DNA of 64,000 nt. Source: Longimicrobiales bacterium (GTDB lineage Bacteria; Gemmatimonadota; Gemmatimonadetes; Longimicrobiales; Gaopeijiaceae). Of the stretch, positions 58,992 to 64,000 are shown one piece after another; position 1 is the first letter of the stretch; every line of letters starts with the position of its first letter. The stretch is taken from contig OZ250165.1 in NCBI GenBank assembly GCA_965238005.1, positions 1,312,001 through 1,376,000 on the forward strand, written 5' to 3'. Under the pieces are notes generated by a model. It was not told the DNA's origin, did not search any database, and worked only from the letters and a program-made list of their open reading frames with translations. Position numbers and translations under genes: made by a program.

Positions 58992-60188
58992 ATGGCAAAA
59001 GATCCCAGCTTCGAGAACGCCCTGGCGTTCGCCCAGGACCTGATCCGTATCCCCTCGCCCTCGGGGCAGGAAGGTGAAGTAGCCGATCGGATTCGCGGCG
59101 AGATGGAGGCCCTGGGCCTACAAGACATTCATATCGACGAGGTGGGGAACGTCATGGGCCGTGTGACGGGCCGGGGGGCCGCCCCGCCCGTGCTCCTCAA
59201 CTGCCACACCGATGTGGTGGCCGAGGGCGATCATGCCGAGTGGGAGCACCCGCCTTTCGGGGGAGACATCTCGGCGGGTTTCCTTCATGGTCGCGGGTCC
59301 ATGGATATCAAGGGTCCACTGGCCCTGCAGACGTACGCTGCCGCCGCCTTGACCGGGCGTGCCGCGGGAGACGTGATCGTGGCGCACACGGTCTTCGAGG
59401 AGCGGGGTGGTCTGGGCATGAAGCACCTCCTCGAGTCCGGGAGTGTGGAGCCGGGCGCCGTGGTGATCGGGGAATCGACGCAAGGAGACGTCTGCATCGG
59501 CCACCGGGGGCGGGGAGAGGTCGAGGTGGTGGTGCACGGCCTCGCTGGTCACGCCTCCGCCCCGGACCGGGCCCACAACGCCCTGGACCCCGTCCCTGAA
59601 GTGCTCGCCGCCGTCCACGAGCTAGCACGTGACCAGCCGGAGGATCCGGTTCTAGGTGCGTCTAGCCTGGTGGCGACCGGTGTGGACGTCCTGCCGGAGA
59701 GCCGGAACGTGATTCCCGACCGCGTCACCATCGTCCTGGACTGGAGGGTTCTGCCTGGCACGGACGACGAGGCCATGACCTCGCGCGTGCGGGAGGCCGT
59801 GAATCGTCGGCTCGGGGAGCTTCCGGACGGGTTCAGCCTAACCATATCCATGGCCAGGGAACGGCAGGCGACCTACACGGGAGTAACGTACGAGCGGAGC
59901 CTGTTCACTCCCGGCTTCCTCATGGAGCCCCTCGATCCCCTGGTCCTAGCCGCGGCTTCTGCGGTGGGGCGCCGCGACGGCGAGGGGCCAGCCAGGGTGC
60001 GTCCGTGGACGTTCGCCACCGACGGTGGATGGAGTCGAGGCGTTTTCGGCATCCCCACTGTGGGGTTCGCTCCGGGTGAGGAGCGTTTCGCTCACACCAA
60101 TCGCGAGCGGCTCGACGTAGAGGAAGCCCGTTGGGCCTACGCCCGTTACCCGGACCTGATCCTCGCGCTACAGGAGGAGCTCTCTTAG
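58992..60188 (+). CDS. M20/ArgE/DapE family metallohydrolase
   Basis: HTDVV, GRGSMDIKG, FEE, IGE, GHAS, AHT. Confidence 0.88.
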   Translation: MAKDPSFENALAFAQDLIRIPSPSGQEGEVADRIRGEMEALGLQDIHIDEVGNVMGRVTGRGAAPPVLLNCHTDVVAEGDHAEWEHPPFGGDISAGFLHGRGSMDIKGPLALQTYAAAALTGRAAGDVIVAHTVFEERGGLGMKHLLESGSVEPGAVVIGESTQGDVCIGHRGRGEVEVVVHGLAGHASAPDRAHNALDPVPEVLAAVHELARDQPEDPVLGASSLVATGVDVLPESRNVIPDRVTIVLDWRVLPGTDDEAMTSRVREAVNRRLGELPDGFSLTISMARERQATYTGVTYERSLFTPGFLMEPLDPLVLAAASAVGRRDGEGPARVRPWTFATDGGWSRGVFGIPTVGFAPGEERFAHTNRERLDVEEARWAYARYPDLILALQEELS

Positions 60189-60295
60189 GAGCGGTCCCGC
60201 GGGCGCTCTTGGAACTTTATCCCCGGTAGCTCGCCACCCTCATGCCGGTGGCTGTGCGGGGGTACAAAACGCACGGGCATGGCATATATTAAGCG

Positions 60296-60358
60296 GCTCA
60301 TCCCGCTCCGCCCGCGTGGCGGGGCCCGTGTGTACATACGGACCGTGGGAGAAAAACC
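60296..60358 (+). promoter_or_regulatory. Candidate S6:S18 autoregulatory mRNA leader
   Basis: TCCC can pair with the GGGA of the SD; internal hairpins; GACC before the SD; TATATT -10 at 60285. Confidence 0.5.
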
Positions 60359-61021
60359 ATGCGGCTATACGAGATCGTCTACATCTTCGACGCTACCCTC
60401 GACGAAGATGCGGTCAATAAGAAGCTGGAGAAGTTCCATCCCCTCGTGATCGGAAGCGACGGCGAAGTCATGGCTGTCGATCACTGGGGGGTGCGTCAGA
60501 TGGCCTACCCCGTGAAGAAGCAGAAGACAGGCAATTACGTGGTGGCGCAGGTTCGCGCCGGCTCCGACGGACTTCCGGAGTTCGAGCGGGTGCTCAGACT
60601 CGATACCGACCTCATGCGGTACCTGGTCGTCGTGAACGAGGGGGAGCCTACGTCGGGGAGGTCGATCCTCGGAGAGCCCCCCCCCCGCGCCCAAGAAGAC
60701 GCTGATGACGACGATGACGATGACGACCATGCGGATCCTGATGACGAAGCGTCCGAGATCGATGATAACGCCGCCGTGCGGCACAGCCCTCCTGAGTTCA
60801 GCGGTGGCCGGGGACGCCGGCGTCGTATGGAGGGGCCGGTCATCGAGCTCCTCAACTACAAGGACGTTTCGACGCTGTCTCAGTTCATGACCGAGCAGGG
60901 AAAGATCTTGCCGAAGCGTACGACGAAGGTCACGGCCCGCTTCCAGCGACAGCTCGGACGCGCCATCAAGCGGGCCCGGTATCTGGCGCTGATCCCATAC
61001 GTCCGGGACCACGAGGTCTAG
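60359..61021 (+). CDS. rpsF-rpsR: Fused 30S ribosomal proteins bS6-bS18
   Basis: S6 YEIVYI...WG.RQMAYP, acidic linker, then S18 NYKDV...GKILPKRTT...QRQL..AIKRARYLALIPY in one frame. Confidence 0.9.
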   Translation: MRLYEIVYIFDATLDEDAVNKKLEKFHPLVIGSDGEVMAVDHWGVRQMAYPVKKQKTGNYVVAQVRAGSDGLPEFERVLRLDTDLMRYLVVVNEGEPTSGRSILGEPPPRAQEDADDDDDDDDHADPDDEASEIDDNAAVRHSPPEFSGGRGRRRRMEGPVIELLNYKDVSTLSQFMTEQGKILPKRTTKVTARFQRQLGRAIKRARYLALIPYVRDHEV

Positions 61022-61042
61022 GCCTCCTCGGAGCGAGATCTC

Positions 61043-61984
61043 TTGGATTCCACGGCGCGGCCGGAGCGAACATGGCTACGGGCCGCCGCACTCCTGCTCG
61101 TCACTCTCGCGCTGGCAGTTGTCAGTGCAGGGGTGTTGGTGGCGGTACCGTTCCTGGTCCTCGCGCTGGTCTTGGGCGCCCGCAGGTTTCCGACGGTGAT
61201 GGCCGCCATTCTGGCCGTGATGGTCACATTGGGGGTTACAGCACGTGGCGGTATCTGGTATCTGGAGCGCGGGTGGGCGGTCGTCTTGGCGGGATGGTTC
61301 GTGGTCCTGACGATGCGCTGGCCCGGCAGCCGGTTCTTCCCGCGAGCCTTGGGGGCCGTCCTGGGCACCTTCGCCCTCGTAGCGGCACTTCTGGCGCTCC
61401 AACCGGGCTCCTGGGCCATGGTGGACTGGCTCGTTACCGAGGGAATCATGAAGAGTGTCAGTCTGGCCATGAGCCTGCTGACGGTCCTGAACCCCGAACG
61501 GGACATCCCGACTGCCATGGTCAACAAAGTGTTCGCGACCGCGGCGCAGCAGGGAAGGCTCTTCCCGGCGCTTCTCGGTCTGTCGTCACTAGCGGGACTC
61601 GGAGTGGCCTGGTGGGGCTACGTTAGACTCTCTGCGGGGAATGACCAGGGATTGGGGCCGCTCAAGGATTTCCGGTTCAACGACCACTTTCTGTGGCTGT
61701 TACTGGTGGGGCTGACCTTGATCGTGCTCGGATTGGGTGAGGCATGGACGTTGGCGGGGACCAACGCCGTCGTGTTCATGGGCGGGCTCTATGCCATCCG
61801 AGGGGCCGCCGTGGTTCTGTTCTTCAACGGTGGTATCTCGCTGTTCGGTTTCTTGGCGGTGGCGCTCGGCATGTTGTTCCTTGCGCCTGTATTGATCATA
61901 GGGGCGCTGGTCATCGGCGTCGGCGATACTTGGCTCGACCTACGCGCCAAGGCCGAGGCGTTGGCCAGCGGCACTGACTCGTAG
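61043..61984 (+). CDS. YybS/DUF2232 family membrane protein
   Basis: Multi-TM; C-terminal D.WLDLR; usual position between rpsR and rplI. Confidence 0.8.
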   Translation: MDSTARPERTWLRAAALLLVTLALAVVSAGVLVAVPFLVLALVLGARRFPTVMAAILAVMVTLGVTARGGIWYLERGWAVVLAGWFVVLTMRWPGSRFFPRALGAVLGTFALVAALLALQPGSWAMVDWLVTEGIMKSVSLAMSLLTVLNPERDIPTAMVNKVFATAAQQGRLFPALLGLSSLAGLGVAWWGYVRLSAGNDQGLGPLKDFRFNDHFLWLLLVGLTLIVLGLGEAWTLAGTNAVVFMGGLYAIRGAAVVLFFNGGISLFGFLAVALGMLFLAPVLIIGALVIGVGDTWLDLRAKAEALASGTDS

Positions 61985-61997
61985 ACGGAGACGGTCC

Positions 61998-62453
61998 ATG
62001 AAGCTCATTATGAGGAAGACGGTGGAGACGCTCGGAGGTGAGGGCGACATCATCGACGTAAGGCCGGGTTACGCGCGCAACTATCTGATTCCCCAAGGAC
62101 TCGCGTACGTGGCGAGTGACGCCAACCTGAAGAGGTTGGAGGAGGAGCATGCGCGGGCCGAGGAGAGCGCCAGGCACGACTACCTGGAGGCGCGTCGTCG
62201 GGCGTCCCAGCTCGAAGGCACGTCGCTCGTATTTCACGTCAGAGCGGGGGATGACGGCAAGATGTTCGGCTCCGTAACGAACGCCGACGTCGCCGATCAG
62301 TTGAACCATGGAGAGCTGGACTTCGAGGTGGACCGACGCACCGTCATACTCGAAGAGCCGTTGAAACTCCTGGGGACCTTCAAGGTGCCGGTTCGCCTCC
62401 ACAGTCAGGTCGAGGTCGACGTGGAGGTTCGTATGGAGCGAGGCGAGGAGTAA
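61998..62453 (+). CDS. rplI: 50S ribosomal protein L9
   Basis: VRPGYARNYLIPQG, GKMFGSVT. Confidence 0.97.
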   Translation: MKLIMRKTVETLGGEGDIIDVRPGYARNYLIPQGLAYVASDANLKRLEEEHARAEESARHDYLEARRRASQLEGTSLVFHVRAGDDGKMFGSVTNADVADQLNHGELDFEVDRRTVILEEPLKLLGTFKVPVRLHSQVEVDVEVRMERGEE

Positions 62454-62493
62454 GCCTCTAGAGGTCGGGATGTGAGATCAGTCGAGCACCGAC

Positions 62494-62838
62494 GTGTCCG
62501 AGATTGGCCAAGACGTGCAGCGAGCAGCGGAGTTCGCCCTCGAACGCAAGGCAGCCGACGTGGTTGCACTCGACCTGAGGGGCATCTCGAGCGCCACGGA
62601 CTACTTCCTGCTCGCCACCGGGCAGTCCGACGTCCAGGTGAAAGCCATCGCCGACCACGTCATCGGGGAACTGAAGAAGGAGGGTATCCGACCGGCCCAT
62701 GTCGAGGGGCTGCAGGGGGGCCGCTGGGTCCTCGTCGATTACATCGAGTTCGTGGTGCACGTCTTCCACCCGGGGGCACGGGAATTCTACCAGCTCGAGG
62801 TTCTTTGGGGGGACGCTACGATGCATGAGTTCAAGTGA
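62494..62838 (+). CDS. rsfS: Ribosome silencing factor
   Basis: DYFLLATG, WVLVDY, VHVF, REFYQLE.LW. Confidence 0.95.
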   Translation: MSEIGQDVQRAAEFALERKAADVVALDLRGISSATDYFLLATGQSDVQVKAIADHVIGELKKEGIRPAHVEGLQGGRWVLVDYIEFVVHVFHPGAREFYQLEVLWGDATMHEFK

Positions 62839-62986
62839 CGAGGACTGCCGTACCGCACCCCTTGTCAAGCCCTTGTTTACAAGCGTCCGGGTGGACATGT
62901 AGCTTGAGGTGGCAGCCGAAACGAGCTGCCCAACGGACGCATCGACGGAGGCTGCAATCCAACCCTCGCTAGGAGCGTAGGGCCCG

Positions 62987-64000
62987 TTGGATCGGGGCCA
63001 CTCGCGACTGTACCCGTTCGACCCCGACTCCGGTCGTCTACCGGAGGTCGCGGCACCCGGCGCACTCCTCTCCGGCGCCGGGAGGGGCGTCGTCACCCTC
63101 ATCGTCGCCCCGGACGTCATCCGGTCATCCTGGAGTCCCGCTGCTGCCGTGGCCCTCGCCCGAGCTTGGTTCGGTCAGGGCCACCGTGTCCTCCTCTGCG
63201 ATCTGTCACTCACCCGGCCCGTGCTTCACGAGAAGTTGGGGCTACCGAATGCCGTTGGCATCATCGACGTCGTCCTCCGGGAGGCACCGATCCCTTCAGT
63301 GGCACAACAGGCGGGGACGCCGGGCTTCCAGTTCGTTTCCGTCGGGACGCCGATCGAGGATCCCACAGAAGTCACTCTGAGCGATGAATGGGCCGCCTTC
63401 GTGGAGGAGGTGGTGGACGCTCAGGCCACGGTCCTGTTCTATGTGCCCTCAGACCTACCGGGTGTGGATGCTCTGGTAGCCCGCAGCGCTGCGACGCTGC
63501 TCTTGGCCGGCGACCCCGCCGAGGCGGAATGGGTGGCCCAGTCCTTCGCTCTCGACGATGTGGCAGGCCTCGTGGAGGACCGGGGTGAGGAGGGGGCGCA
63601 GGCGGCGGAGCCGCCGGAGCAGGCGGCAGAGCCGCTGGAGCAGGCGGCAGAGCCGCTGGAGCAGGCGGCAGAGCCGCTGGAGCAGGCGGCAGAGCCGCTG
63701 GAGCAGGCGGCAGAGCCGCTGGAGCAGGCGGCAGAGCCGCTGGAGGCACCCCGGCAGGCCGCTGCGGACGACTTCGGCTCCACTGCTGATTCGGGCGCCC
63801 TTGCAGAAGTGCAGGAGGGGACCGAGAACATGAGTGAGGAGCCCGATCCTGAGCCGAGGGTCATCCCGTGGCGGCCGGCGCTGGCCGGGACCCTAGTGGG
63901 GCTGGGGGCCCTGGCCTTGTGGCAGATCATGTTCACAACGCCGGAACCCGTACCGCCGTTGGTAGAGCCTGCTGCTCCCCAGCCACCCGTTTCCTCGGCG
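62987..64000 (+). CDS. Membrane protein with degenerate CpsD/MinD-like domain, acidic repeat linker and TM segment (runs off the window; not in the ORF track)
   Basis: TTG start after AGGAG; ALARAW...RVLLCDLSLTRPVLH..LG.PNAVGIIDV; TM near 63880-63935. Confidence 0.65.
   Translation, partial: MDRGHSRLYPFDPDSGRLPEVAAPGALLSGAGRGVVTLIVAPDVIRSSWSPAAAVALARAWFGQGHRVLLCDLSLTRPVLHEKLGLPNAVGIIDVVLREAPIPSVAQQAGTPGFQFVSVGTPIEDPTEVTLSDEWAAFVEEVVDAQATVLFYVPSDLPGVDALVARSAATLLLAGDPAEAEWVAQSFALDDVAGLVEDRGEEGAQAAEPPEQAAEPLEQAAEPLEQAAEPLEQAAEPLEQAAEPLEQAAEPLEAPRQAAADDFGSTADSGALAEVQEGTENMSEEPDPEPRVIPWRPALAGTLVGLGALALWQIMFTTPEPVPPLVEPAAPQPPVSSA
63598..63744 (+). repeat. 21-bp coding tandem repeat x7 (QAAEPLE)
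   Basis: GCAGGCGGCAGAGCCGCTGGA, six identical copies plus one variant. Confidence 0.95.

Noticed and set aside
60677..60686. C10 run as the artefactual cause of the S6-S18 fusion
   Set aside because: The present frame yields the expected acidic S6-type tail and continues into S18; still worth a read check
62911..62930. GGCAGC-CGAAACGA-GCTGCC hairpin as a riboswitch
   Set aside because: Single hairpin; no match to a riboswitch consensus that I can support
63598..63744. CRISPR array
   Set aside because: Head-to-tail repeats with no spacers, in frame within a CDS, and no cas genes

Overview
GC-rich bacterial chromosome window. The gene families (Hanks kinase with TolB-like propeller, choice-of-anchor B, Oar-type TBDR) suggest Gemmatimonadota, which is an inference. 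Layout from left to right: (1) 1-11.7 kb: RNA m5C methyltransferase tail, NUDIX, AmmeMemoRadiSam genes, PIMT, membrane methyltransferase, Tat-signal SelA-like enzyme and GGT. (2) 11.8-23.5 kb: a surface-glycan locus interrupted by a frameshifted adhesin-like gene, with gene remnants. (3) 23.6-34.5 kb: four tandem secreted His-rich LVIVD propeller paralogs, a small secreted protein, a multicopper oxidase that keeps its T1 site but lacks 3 trinuclear-cluster His, and a choice-of-anchor B protein. (4) 34.7-43.9 kb: ADH, an exported peroxiredoxin-like protein with an in-frame UGA and SECIS-like hairpin, CcdA-TlpA, an M8-like peptidase and a 5'-truncated TBDR. (5) 44-52.3 kb: an island with a dif-like Xer site and an HTH-TerS-TerL phage-derived module, ending at a tRNA-Gln 3' fragment (att). 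(6) 52.5-64 kb: core genes prs, rplY, pth, hppA, a single-ORF bS6-bS18 fusion, rplI and rsfS. All calls come from motif recognition by eye; no searches were run.
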